From a bacterium (GTDB taxonomy: Bacteria > SAR324 > NAC60-12): a stretch of DNA of 40,313 bases. The stretch is taken from positions 1 to 40,313 of the forward strand of contig CBDDTI010000164.1 in assembly GCA_965233585.1 (NCBI GenBank), read 5' to 3'. A model generated the notes under the pieces. The model saw nothing but the letters and a program-made list of their open reading frames with translations, was not told the DNA's origin and searched no databases. This document shows, one piece after another, positions 11,053-21,700 of this stretch (position 1 is its first letter; each line of letters begins with the position of its first letter). Position numbers and translations under genes: made by a program.

Positions 11053-14000
11053 TTATCGACCGGGGAGAGGAGGAGGATCGCCACTTGGCGTCCTATTAAT
11101 GACAGGATCCCTATTGGGAATAGGAGGAATTCTGGCTTCTGGAGTTACAATCGGAGTGAAAGCAAATCTATTGGGAGTTCGAGTTCGTTCTGGCAATGGA
11201 GGTGGTTCTGGTACGGCTCGGGAAATTTCATTTACATCCACAGGAGCGGATGGTGTTGCTCTAGTTCCGTCTAAGGGAGATCCGACCCTTTGGTCGTTTA
11301 CATAGTCCGGAGGGAAGGGAGATCTAGGCATTCCCGGAGGACATGGTTGAAAAGCAGCGAAAGCTCTGTCAAGCTGGGACTGCAGACGGTTCGGACAAGT
11401 CGATACAGTATCTTTTCTCAGATGAGAAACGGAGTGACTGCGTCGAAGAGGATTCATCGGAACAGGGATTCCGGTGCTTGGAGTTTCCGTTCTGTCAGTG
11501 TCTGCTGACATTCTTTGAGAAAATATTACCAAAGTTGAATATACGGTTTCGTACGGGAACTTTGGTTTGGAAGTAGGGTCATTGTCGGATCTTTCCGCAG
11601 ACGACTTTTGTTCTCTTCTGTATAGTCTAGTGAAAAAGACTTCGGTACAAAAAGACCAAGCGAGCTGGGCTGAACAACCGTGCACGCTATGGATATAACT
11701 GCAGTTCATCAGAACCTTTATCAGATACCAAACAAGGCGGCCAACTATCAAGAGGCCAAAAATAGAAGAGAAGATTTCACCCAATCCCCGAATAGCACCC
11801 CATAATTTTCCCAATATAAATGAGTGCCAAGATCCACCGGGCAATGTGTGCGGAGGAAACATTAACCGTGGAGTAATGTACTGACCGGGACTGAGATCAC
11901 CAACTTGTTTGGTGATTTGATGCATGATAACCTCCTGGCGTCTGTTTCCTTCTAGCCAGGTGATGAGATCATCGACAGCTTCAGGCTCGTAGATCCCTCC
12001 TCGGGACAAGTCGACATCTGAAGAATCATCAAAAGTAGCCTTTTTTATGAGGGCTTCAAGATCAAGTTTGCCTGGTGGTTCAGTTGGTGAAATGCTGGGA
12101 GTGACAGCGAACCATTGGCCGAAAAGGTCTTGATAACGGGCGAAGAATTTCGACAAACAAGGGACCTTCTTGGCTACAGAAGTTAGCCTATGAGTTAAAG
12201 GCTCAATGTAGAACCGAGGTACGATGGCTTCATGACCGTCGGCTTGAAAGTAGGTGGTCAGAGTGTCATTCTGACTGGCAATTTCGACCGGTAACGCATC
12301 GTAGCAAGTGTCGGCTCGGATGGCTGCGACAAGGCGAGGTTGGCACTTATAAAAGTAAGCTACTTCTCCAGCAGCGGTAAGGTAGTTAGATCCACCAAGT
12401 CGGTAGGTATGAAGACCTGGAAGTTGTCGTTCCAAAAAGTGTTCGGTCTTGATTTTGCGGAGAGTTTCTCTACAATCGTCTCGGAGTACGGAAAAGAATT
12501 CTTGTTTCATCTTCCGGTTGATGGCATGATAGACGAAATCGTCACGATTGGTGATGAAGTTGCTCAGTTGCAACTCGTCCTTAGGCATCGGTCGTTTCAC
12601 AAGGTTGCGGTCGACAGCGCCGTTAAGCATCGTATCTCTGATCATGACATCCGGATAGTTGGTGGTAAGGAACGTTTGGTCGCATTCTTCCTTTTTTCCT
12701 TTAACAACAAAACGAACATTAGACTGATCAGTGGATATTACAATCTTATTAGTCTGGACAGTGAGTCCATCTACTTGATGCTTAATCATTTGACCTTCGA
12801 AGAATCGAATGTGGTATAAAGGACAATGTTCCTTTAATGGGACTCGCCAGACGTAGGTGACATCATTACCAACGCATTGTTGTTCCTCAATGGGACAAGT
12901 GAGGCGAACATTGTCGTAATGAGCGACAACAGTATCCTCGTTATCGCGGGTAACGAAAGTTTCGTCCCTGTACAGGATTTCTTCGGTGATGTACATGACC
13001 ATATGATGGATCTCTTTTCCATCGATCAGCATAGTATTTCCAGTGCAGGAAATTTGAGCACCCTGGAATCCCGTGTAAGCTGTAGCTGACCCAAAGGCAA
13101 AGTAAGGGACTTCGGTTCGGGTGTTGCGAGCGACAGTGTACGTCTTGTCGTCTCCAGCGATGTACTGACCGAGGGTGGCCAGATCGCGGCATTGTTCCCA
13201 ACGAAGAGTCTTGGGTTTCTTGTAATAGGTCTCTTGGGGATATGGACTTGCGTGATCAGCATTTCCACAATAGTACGTGAATCTGGACGTACGAAGTTCA
13301 CAGCGAGTTCCTTTAAACTCTCTTCGAGTTTCGTATTGGACGATTTGATACTGCGCTTTGTCGCCAATCTCGTAGTTGTCTTGGTCATTAGCTCCAATCG
13401 GTTCACAAGGATCTTGAATGAATGAACTGATGGGTTTGACTTCCTGAGGATTGGCACAATCGTATCCCGTAAGGAATCGCCGATTGACTTGAGCTTGCAA
13501 ACTGTTCAGCTGGGCATCATTGAGGTTTAGCTCAGTGGCAGCATCAGGTGAGATTTGTCTTTTCAATCGCGTTTTCTCTTTCCGAAGCTGGTAGAGACGG
13601 GATCCTTCCCTCGTCAAATCTATTTCGTCTTTAGCATCGACAATTTCGGCAGTGCTAGGAGGACGAACTGTAGATGTTTCGTTCCTTTGAGGCGGAACAG
13701 GGAGGTTAGGAGTCGCTGGCTGAGGACTCAACGTTTTCATCATTTCTGCAAGTTGCAAGGAGCGATGTAGTTGTAACAAACTCATACCTGGTACGTTATT
13801 GGTAGTATTCTTGTGCTTCACAGGTGGAGGACGTTCTAAGGCTGCTGTTGCAACAGTGTCAGTTGAAAAGTGTCCGGAAGAATGTGTCTGGGGAAGTGTT
13901 TCCTCAATCTCCTCAAGAGTTGTTGGAGGAGTGTTAGGAACATTCGATGAAACAGTTCCCTCAAAAATTTCCGAGGGAGTTGTCGAAAGATCGTCTTGTA

Positions 14001-14226
14001 AAATCTCCGGATAGTCTTCAAAGAAGAGCGTCGGAGGTATTGAGGCATTGTTCGGCTTCCAGATAAAGATCCGTCGTGAATCCGGAGTCGGATTGAAGAA
14101 GAGTCGGCCTGTTGAATTACTCCCAACTACTAACCACAAATCGTAGTAGTCATAAGGAATATAAATAGGCTGTTTCTCGCCCAAGATAATGGCAATGAAG
14201 GATAACCAAAGAAGAGCAATCTTCAT
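11053..14226 (-). CDS. env: Env-like glycoprotein, chuvirus-G/class III fusion-like (start at MKIALLWL)
   Basis: Paralog of 1464-4658; signal peptide begins at ATG 14226; RLKR furin-like site; GYDC; TM segment. Confidence 0.8.
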   Translation of the reverse strand: MKIALLWLSFIAIILGEKQPIYIPYDYYDLWLVVGSNSTGRLFFNPTPDSRRIFIWKPNNASIPPTLFFEDYPEILQDDLSTTPSEIFEGTVSSNVPNTPPTTLEEIEETLPQTHSSGHFSTDTVATAALERPPPVKHKNTTNNVPGMSLLQLHRSLQLAEMMKTLSPQPATPNLPVPPQRNETSTVRPPSTAEIVDAKDEIDLTREGSRLYQLRKEKTRLKRQISPDAATELNLNDAQLNSLQAQVNRRFLTGYDCANPQEVKPISSFIQDPCEPIGANDQDNYEIGDKAQYQIVQYETRREFKGTRCELRTSRFTYYCGNADHASPYPQETYYKKPKTLRWEQCRDLATLGQYIAGDDKTYTVARNTRTEVPYFAFGSATAYTGFQGAQISCTGNTMLIDGKEIHHMVMYITEEILYRDETFVTRDNEDTVVAHYDNVRLTCPIEEQQCVGNDVTYVWRVPLKEHCPLYHIRFFEGQMIKHQVDGLTVQTNKIVISTDQSNVRFVVKGKKEECDQTFLTTNYPDVMIRDTMLNGAVDRNLVKRPMPKDELQLSNFITNRDDFVYHAINRKMKQEFFSVLRDDCRETLRKIKTEHFLERQLPGLHTYRLGGSNYLTAAGEVAYFYKCQPRLVAAIRADTCYDALPVEIASQNDTLTTYFQADGHEAIVPRFYIEPLTHRLTSVAKKVPCLSKFFARYQDLFGQWFAVTPSISPTEPPGKLDLEALIKKATFDDSSDVDLSRGGIYEPEAVDDLITWLEGNRRQEVIMHQITKQVGDLSPGQYITPRLMFPPHTLPGGSWHSFILGKLWGAIRGLGEIFSSIFGLLIVGRLVWYLIKVLMNCSYIHSVHGCSAQLAWSFCTEVFFTRLYRREQKSSAERSDNDPTSKPKFPYETVYSTLVIFSQRMSADTDRTETPSTGIPVPMNPLRRSHSVSHLRKDTVSTCPNRLQSQLDRAFAAFQPCPPGMPRSPFPPDYVNDQRVGSPLDGTRATPSAPVDVNEISRAVPEPPPLPERTRTPNRFAFTPIVTPEARIPPIPNRDPVINRTPSGDPPPLPGR

Positions 14227-14247
14227 GTTAATTGAGAGCGAGAGATG

Positions 14248-14283
14248 GACTGAATGAGGCCTCCCCTCGATGGGCCTCTTATA
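14248..14283 (-). promoter_or_regulatory. Putative internal env promoter (TATAAGA + Inr TCAGTC)
   Basis: T of TATA at 14283 and A of Inr at 14251: 32 nt, as in element A. Confidence 0.6.
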
Positions 14284-14288
14284 TCTGC

Positions 14289-17200
14289 TTATGAGTGAGC
14301 AGGACATGTCCGAGTACGAGTACACTTAGCACATCTTTGTCTTGCAGTGTGCTGTTCACATGCGGAACCGGTTTTGCATTGTGTGCAGTGAGTAACGCAT
14401 GGAAGATTGGGCGTGCAGTTAGGACAAGGTCTGGGCTTGTTCTTTCTGCCCGGAGGTCGTCCTCGACCTCTACGAGATGCTGGCTCCGTTTGGGGTTCAG
14501 CTTTAGGTACAACTGTGACTTCGGGAGGAGCTTCCGGAAGTGGTTCTGCGGTTACCGGAACAGTAACAGCAGGTTCAGGATCTTGCGGGACAGGTACAGA
14601 AACCGGAGGGTCAAAAGACTGTCCGTCAGCAAGGGGAGTGATAGGGACATCATCCCTAGGAGAGGGTGATGGTAACGTCATTGGAAGTTCTTGTTCCTTG
14701 TCAAAGACATGTGGAGCGAAGTCAGAGGCAGGTAGCCTTCCTAACAGCTCTTGGTCTTCGAAGTAAGGACGAACGTCTGTGGCAGTCAACTCTACTGGTA
14801 CGCCCAAGTTGGTGTCAGGATCGGTGACGTAGCACTTCTTGAGTCTATCGACAGCTGCGGAAGTGATGATCTTACTCTTAGTCCACCTTCCGTAGGACTC
14901 GATCTCGAAAATAGTGTTGGAAAGCTGTTTAACAACTCTGTAAGGTCCAGACCAAAAGGATTGGAACTTTCGGTTGAGGCTAGGGTTGGCTCGGTCGGTG
15001 AAGAGCCACACAAGGTCATCAATGTTGATCTTGTGTTGTCTTTCTCGATACAGCTCCTTTTGGCGCATTATGTAAGAATTCTGACGTTCAGTTACAACAG
15101 AAAAAGCTTTCGCGAATTGATTCCGAATCTTATCTGTGTACTTGTCAAGATGTTCGGGTTGAACAGGCGGAGGTCCAGCGATCATGTCGACAGGTAATCT
15201 GGCTTCTCTACCATGTTCAAGGTAGAACGGAGTGAAACCAGTGGTGCGGTTGACTGAAGTTCTCATTGCTAAAAGTGTAGCAGGTAGAGCTTCGTCCCAT
15301 TCGTCGTCGAATTCATGGATCAGAGCAGTAAGTTTGCGCTTCATGCTGCGATGAAATCGCTCAACAGTGTTGCTCTTGGGATTGTAAACCGGCGTAGTGG
15401 TAGTTCGAACATCAAAGGCTGCCATGGCCACTTGAAAAACATGTGCAATAAAGGCAGGTCCATTGTCAGAGTGAACTACTGAAGGAACGCCACGGTCTGG
15501 AAAGTAATCCCTAACTAGGAATTTGATGACAGTCTCAGCCTTCTGATTCTTAACTGGCCAGGCGGTGAACCAGCGAGTATAAACGTCAACGGCAGTGAGC
15601 AGAGAAGTATGTCCTTTCTTTGTTGGTTTGAGAGGTCCGACAAAATCGAGACAAATCTTCTCTCCAGGACTTCCAACAAGGTCATAACCATACGTATGGC
15701 GTTGAGCTTTTTTGTTGGATAGCTTCTGACAGCGAGGACATTTGAATACATATTCCCGGCAAAAGCTAACTAGACGGGGGAATATATACTTTAGCTGTAC
15801 ACAATCAGCCAGAGAATTTCCACCGGCATGATTTTTGCCATGGAAGGAAGCGAGAACCTTATTCCAGAGTTTCTCAGGAAGAGGAATCCGAACATCCTTT
15901 TCATTGGTGAAAGGAATGGGATTTCGAACGAGGAGGCCGGAAGGCAGAATTTCCAGATATTCGAAGCAATCAACATAAAACTTTTCATCTGGGTTGAGTA
16001 GCTTGTACTCTTGTGAGGTAGGTTTGTGCTGTTGTCTGACCCAGGCGGAGATCTTGGATAAAGTGATATCAGTCTGTTGTTTCTCAATGATATCGTCCTC
16101 ATAGGGACCTTGGGGAACCGGAAATTCGGTTTGGTGTGGAATGCGAGGATCAGTGTCATCGGATTCGCTGAGAGAATCCTCGTCTTCAGATTCTTGGCCA
16201 TCATCTTCAGGAGCTTCTCCTAGCAAGAGGATCTGATCATCGGCCAGGATCTCTTGAGCTTCCTTTTCAGAGAGGAAAGGAGCATGAGAGGTTCGAGACA
16301 AAGAATCCGCGTTACCATGCTTGGTACCGGCTCGATGTTGGATGTCGAAATCATAACTGCTGATGATTCTCAACCACCTCATCAAGATACCCTTAGGATC
16401 TTTTTGAGTTTTCAACCAAGATAAGGCAGAATTATCAGTACGGACAAGGAACTTTCTACCAGTCAGGAAGAATTTGTAGGTATCTATAGCGAAGATCAGA
16501 GCAAGTAATTCTCCCTTATGGGAAGCGTACTGGGATTCGCTTGGTTTCAGTCTGCGAGCGTTAAATGAAATGGGTCTTTCTGTCCCATCTTGGATCTGCG
16601 AGAGGACTGTACCTAACCCTTCGTGAGAATAATCAGTATCGACTATGAAAGGTTCGGAGCTATCAAAGTCAGGATAGGCCAACAACTGCGGAGACATGAG
16701 CAATTGTTTTAAAGACTCGAAGGAAGCAATTGCTTTAGGATCTTTTTCCAGGTCCAACTTGCGTGAACTTTCACTGGCACCTTTGAGATGGGCCATTAAG
16801 GGTGAAGCAATAATCGCAAAATTTTGGAAGTGACTTCGGTAATAGTTGCACTTTCCGAGAAAGGCTCTGAGATCCTTCAAAGTCTTGGGCAATGGCCAAT
16901 CCTTGATGATCTGAGAAAATTCAGGAGGAACAGATACCCCCTGGTCGGAGATTAGGTGTCCAAGGAATTTCACTTCCGTTTTGACCCAATCGGTCTTTTC
17001 CATATTGAGCCTTAACCCAGCCTTTTGTAACAGGACAAAAACCTGTTTAAGGGTATCAACATGTGTAGTTAGGTCAGGAGAGTGAATAAGAAGATCGTCA
17101 AAAAAGACGATGAGCTGAGATTTCGGAATCTCATGTAACACCTGAGTGACCAGTCGTGCCCAAGTATTAGGAGCACTGGTTAGCCCGAAGGGCATTCGAC

Positions 17201-18725
17201 AAAATTGATAAAACTTATCTAGAGCACAAAAAGAAAGCTTTTCGCGGTCAACTTCGCGAACGGGAATGGAGTGAAAAGCTTGGGCAAGATCCAGAGAAGT
17301 GAAAATTTTGCTTTTCCGAAGATAGCTTAAAAGCTCGATGATGTTTGGGATAGGAAAGGAGTCTTTTCGAGTGACAGAGTTAAGAGCTCGAAAATCAACT
17401 ACCCATCTCCATTTTCCATTCTTTTTTCGAACTGGGAGAAGAGGAAAATTCCAGGGAGAGACTCCTCCGGAACGAATAACACCATCTTTTAGCCATACGG
17501 CTATCTGTTCTTTAAGAGACTCCGTCAAACCAGGGTTGATCGGACGGTTCTTCAAGCGAATAGGTGGAAGTCCTTTGGGAGTGTAAACGGGATGCTCAAT
17601 GACATCAGTTCCACCGCAATTTCCTTCTCTATAGAAGACATCCCAAAAACTCATAATCAAATCAATTATTTGTCCAGAGGTGCGAGGGTTCTTCTGTAGG
17701 ATAGGATTATCGCGAAAGTTCAACACTTGTCGAATGTGTTCGCGTCGCTTCTCATGGGATGCGGGAGTTAGTTTACTGGTAGGAATATTGCTCATCCAAT
17801 CGGACGGTTTTGAAGGTTTTTCTGTAATGGTCATAACTTTAGTCATATTTATGACAGAGCGATGATGTTCTGGAATCAAGATAGTGCCAATATCACAGTT
17901 ACTGCTAATAGTCACGGAATGCGGAGATTCATTGAAAAAGTATACTTCGACCTCGTTTGTGTCGGAGATAGAAGTAATTTGTTCTAAAGAATTCAGACCG
18001 AAATAGATGTCATCCTGATCAGGATGAAGACTATTTATTTTGCGGATAAAAGAATCTTTAAAATTGAAAACAGAATCTGTAGGATCGTGTACTTCGGTTT
18101 CTTCTACGCGAACCGGAATAAGTTTCCCAGTTCTGGGTGGAATAGTTTGGCGCATCTTGCTGTAGGCGGTGGTAGATCGGTCGCCAATGGTAACGACATT
18201 AATCTGGGGAACTGAGTCGATTTGCTTCTTGAGACGTCGGCGAGCATGATTGATGTTCCGATACAACGGAAAACGAAGATTCTCTGGACTCTTTGAGAGA
18301 ATCCCTTGAGACAAAATTAAATCCAGGCCATGTTCAACCAAGAAAGGTAAGGAGATGTTGAGGCCGCAAGAAAGATGTTTGACGAGGACAAGTCGGGATG
18401 GTAACACATGTTCCTTCCCGGTGTCGTCAGGAATGTAAAAGTTAATAGAGGGAACAATTCCCACTATATTGATGCTAGAACCGACGGAAGCGGTGCCTAC
18501 TGGAGAACCAGTATATGGCTGATAATCCGTAATCGGGATCTTTTTAGCCACTGACAATGATAATGCGTTGCAGAAACTGTTGCCGCTATCGACAAGAGCC
18601 ATAACTGTTCGTCCATTGAGTCGAACAGGAAGAAGTTTGGGTAAAGAAGAAGAGATAGTCCGGCAGGAACTGATTAGATCCTTTGGGTCTTTTTGAGAGA
18701 AAATACCACTTAATGGCTGCGACAT
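14289..18725 (-). CDS. pol: Pol polyprotein: aspartic protease, RT, RNase H, integrase with AT-hook/Cys3His tail
   Basis: ALVDSG; WRWVVDFRALN, LDLAQAFHSIP, MPFGL, FFDD; FIVDTDYS..GLGTVLSQ; H..H..CPRC, DDE, GPY. Confidence 0.97.
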   Translation of the reverse strand: MSQPLSGIFSQKDPKDLISSCRTISSSLPKLLPVRLNGRTVMALVDSGNSFCNALSLSVAKKIPITDYQPYTGSPVGTASVGSSINIVGIVPSINFYIPDDTGKEHVLPSRLVLVKHLSCGLNISLPFLVEHGLDLILSQGILSKSPENLRFPLYRNINHARRRLKKQIDSVPQINVVTIGDRSTTAYSKMRQTIPPRTGKLIPVRVEETEVHDPTDSVFNFKDSFIRKINSLHPDQDDIYFGLNSLEQITSISDTNEVEVYFFNESPHSVTISSNCDIGTILIPEHHRSVINMTKVMTITEKPSKPSDWMSNIPTSKLTPASHEKRREHIRQVLNFRDNPILQKNPRTSGQIIDLIMSFWDVFYREGNCGGTDVIEHPVYTPKGLPPIRLKNRPINPGLTESLKEQIAVWLKDGVIRSGGVSPWNFPLLPVRKKNGKWRWVVDFRALNSVTRKDSFPIPNIIELLSYLRKSKIFTSLDLAQAFHSIPVREVDREKLSFCALDKFYQFCRMPFGLTSAPNTWARLVTQVLHEIPKSQLIVFFDDLLIHSPDLTTHVDTLKQVFVLLQKAGLRLNMEKTDWVKTEVKFLGHLISDQGVSVPPEFSQIIKDWPLPKTLKDLRAFLGKCNYYRSHFQNFAIIASPLMAHLKGASESSRKLDLEKDPKAIASFESLKQLLMSPQLLAYPDFDSSEPFIVDTDYSHEGLGTVLSQIQDGTERPISFNARRLKPSESQYASHKGELLALIFAIDTYKFFLTGRKFLVRTDNSALSWLKTQKDPKGILMRWLRIISSYDFDIQHRAGTKHGNADSLSRTSHAPFLSEKEAQEILADDQILLLGEAPEDDGQESEDEDSLSESDDTDPRIPHQTEFPVPQGPYEDDIIEKQQTDITLSKISAWVRQQHKPTSQEYKLLNPDEKFYVDCFEYLEILPSGLLVRNPIPFTNEKDVRIPLPEKLWNKVLASFHGKNHAGGNSLADCVQLKYIFPRLVSFCREYVFKCPRCQKLSNKKAQRHTYGYDLVGSPGEKICLDFVGPLKPTKKGHTSLLTAVDVYTRWFTAWPVKNQKAETVIKFLVRDYFPDRGVPSVVHSDNGPAFIAHVFQVAMAAFDVRTTTTPVYNPKSNTVERFHRSMKRKLTALIHEFDDEWDEALPATLLAMRTSVNRTTGFTPFYLEHGREARLPVDMIAGPPPVQPEHLDKYTDKIRNQFAKAFSVVTERQNSYIMRQKELYRERQHKINIDDLVWLFTDRANPSLNRKFQSFWSGPYRVVKQLSNTIFEIESYGRWTKSKIITSAAVDRLKKCYVTDPDTNLGVPVELTATDVRPYFEDQELLGRLPASDFAPHVFDKEQELPMTLPSPSPRDDVPITPLADGQSFDPPVSVPVPQDPEPAVTVPVTAEPLPEAPPEVTVVPKAEPQTEPASRRGRGRPPGRKNKPRPCPNCTPNLPCVTHCTQCKTGSACEQHTARQRCAKCTRTRTCPAHS

Positions 18726-18759
18726 AGTAAAGTGAGAAAAGGAAGGGAATCGTAGATCG

Positions 18760-21700
18760 TTATGACTGAGATTTCCCGAAGCGACTAACGAGCTGCTCGT
18801 ATCGGTCGCGATACCTATGAAGTAGCATCTGAGCCACTGGCAAGAGATTCTGTCGCCTCAGCTGGCGCATCTTCTGGAACGCTTGATGTCCCAGGTTTAT
18901 GTCCAGTGCAGGAGATTCGAATTTGCAGCTCTCCCACCTTCGGGACATTCTCATTAAGGAGTTGTTTCTCGCTAAAACAGCAAGTTCCTCATTGAAGGAC
19001 TTCTTCTCTTCTGGAGTAAGAGAAGCGTAACTTCTTCGGTCTTCTAACGTGAAGCCTAGCCGAAACTTGTCGGAGACGGTCTCGTCAGCGACCAAGGCAG
19101 TCTTATCCAATAGGACATGAGCCCTATGATCCTCAGCTCGGCGATAAGACTCTGCAGGGATCTCGGAGAGGAATGGTAGCAAGGTTTCAAACCTGCGAAG
19201 CCTCCAAGTGGCATCCATCCGTCGGCCGCGGTGACATGTCCGGCACCTAGAGCTGGCGAAGAGGCTAGTGATCTGGGCAACGGAGTTTTTGACCAGATGG
19301 TTGCTGAGATCCTCTATGAACTCGGAGCTCTCGAACTGGAAAGCTTCCTCAAATGCCTGATAAAGGTTACTTATAGCTACCTTGAACTTCGCTTCTAGCT
19401 TCTCTCGGTTGTATCGACTGCTAGTGGGAGTGTCAGTGTCAGGGGACTGTCTAGTGACCTTGACATTAAATTGTTGGATCCGAATGTTTCCTCTCTGTCT
19501 CACTTCATGGAGCTTTTGTTGATCCAAGAAGTAGGCGTGATAGAACAAACTGGGATTGCGCTCAACTTTGTTGCGATCCCAAGTGTCGGCTTCCAATTTC
19601 AGAACTTCTTGGGCGAATCGTTGGTGGTCCTCCAAAATAGAAAGTGCCTGAAATGAAAATTGGATCGGAGTGGTCTTGGGACTTTGGACTTCTCCGGTGA
19701 GAACGTCAATCTCCGAATCCTCTTGAGGGTCTTCTTGAGGAAGTTGAACCGAGAAATCGTCCTTAAGGGTGGAAGAGAGTTGAGCTTCTGCCTGTCTTCG
19801 AGTTTCATTCTCCAATCCGGCCAAATGTGCAATGTTGGCAGGATAGTCAGGAAGTATCTCCACTTTCCTGGGCCCGTTTCCAGAAGGAACGGTAATCCTG
19901 AGGTTCTCCTTCGGGAGAGTGGTTCCAGCGAAAGGAATCGGCACCGGTGATGGAACAGTGTCCTTGGGTTTTCCTCGGCCGATACCACGGACTTTCTGAG
20001 CGTCTACCAGAAAATCAGAAACGGCTCCTGGAGAGCGACGAGTCTGGGAAGGCTCAGAATTGCGGGACGATGAAGACCTGGATCTAGGTCTTGATTTCCT
20101 CCTGGCCTTCTTGGAAGTAGTTCCCGTTGGCACTGCAAAATCCGAACTGCCCTGAGTCTTGGAGTTTGCAGGAGGTTCAATGATGGTGTCATTGGTCGTG
20201 ACAGAAGTTGATGGAGTGTTAGCTGCGGGGGCGGACACGTTGGGGTCAACTTCCGCTTCAGTGTCAGTAGCGGGTAACGGAATCTCCGAAGGGATTACCG
20301 GAGGTACTGCATCCAATGTTGGTTCAGCGGGGACAGGAACCAAATCAGGTTTTGGGACCGCTGATTGGGAGACAACCACATTATGCGGAGGTGGGACCGG
20401 ATAATAGTAAACTCCTCCATAGAGGATGTAGTTCTGGGTGGCTGAACATGCCGTGGCATTTGCATCAGGATTGATGCTGTTAGCAGCTAGAGGAGGAAAC
20501 ACATCTTCTTCCATGGGGGGCTGCTCAGGGGAGAAAGGATTTTGCTCATCCTTGATGGTTGGAATTTGAACGACGGGAGTGTTCATAGTTGAAGTGTTCA
20601 GCAGGGTTGCGTCTAGAGGACTGAATCTTGAAGAATAATCTCCAGTCTTCATCGACATCGGGGAATCTGCTTTTTCCCCTTCCAGTCGCAAACCGCTTAC
20701 CCCTGGACCCAAAGTTCCAGACGGAGTGCATGGATCTAAGAAGACGTTAGACATGTTGATGTCGGGGTCATCTAGTAATGAGTCTGGGTTAAACATCAGT
20801 ATGTGGAGTTCCCCTTCATCTTCATCCGAAGTTCCACTAGAGGCAGGATCGAGTTGCATGAGACTTTGTTCAACGATTTCTTCGTCGTCTGAGCTGGCAC
20901 TCTCAAGAGAAACCCCTTCCGTGTCTTCAATCGAACGCAAAAACTTCTTTTTGTCAGAGGTCGATTTGAATTTCAACTTTCTGGGTTTAGTTTTTCGTTT
21001 CTCAGCTCCCTTGGGACGCTTCTTTGCGGCGGTTTTAGAGCTGGAGCCAGAGGGCGCAGTCTCCTTCTGAGCTCTACAATCGCTGTTGGAATGTTTGTCC
21101 GTTTTATGCAAAGAACACCATTTCTTCAGCACTTGTATTGTGGCTGGAGAATCTTGAGTCTCAATCATCTGAATATGTCCCCTGGGACTCTTGGATGACT
21201 TCGTGTTCAATGGGTTGCTGGCAGATGCCGCCATTTTCCAGGCCATGGACCGTTGTTTCATTATTTGGTCCCCATGGTAAATTGCTGCAGTCATTGACAT
21301 GGCTTTTTCAACCGCTTCACGGAAATAGCTGGGCAAAGGTGGTATGCGCAACTTTTGCTTAACCTCTGTCGAGATTAGACCAGTAATGAAACGATCCATA
21401 AGGAACATAGACAAATCAGGGTTCAAGCCAGGATACGCTCGATAAAACAATTGTTCAATTTTAATCGCATAATCTTGTACAGGCATGTCTTCGCGCTGAG
21501 TAAAACCGTTAAAGAGACCGACCGCAACGATACGATTTCCAGAGGTATTGAAAATACGATCGAGAGTTGTCAGGAGTTCCTGCAAGTTCTGCATCGTAAT
21601 ATTCTGAGAGACATTTTTCGACATTTCTGCGGCTTTGTCTTTCAGCAAATGTAAGGCAATCCTACAAGCATTGGGCTCAGTAGGTTGAAACAAATTAACC

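Noticed and set aside
14227..14325. ORF-track env start at 14325
   Set aside because: Overlaps the pol end; signal peptide and alignment with element A place the start at 14226
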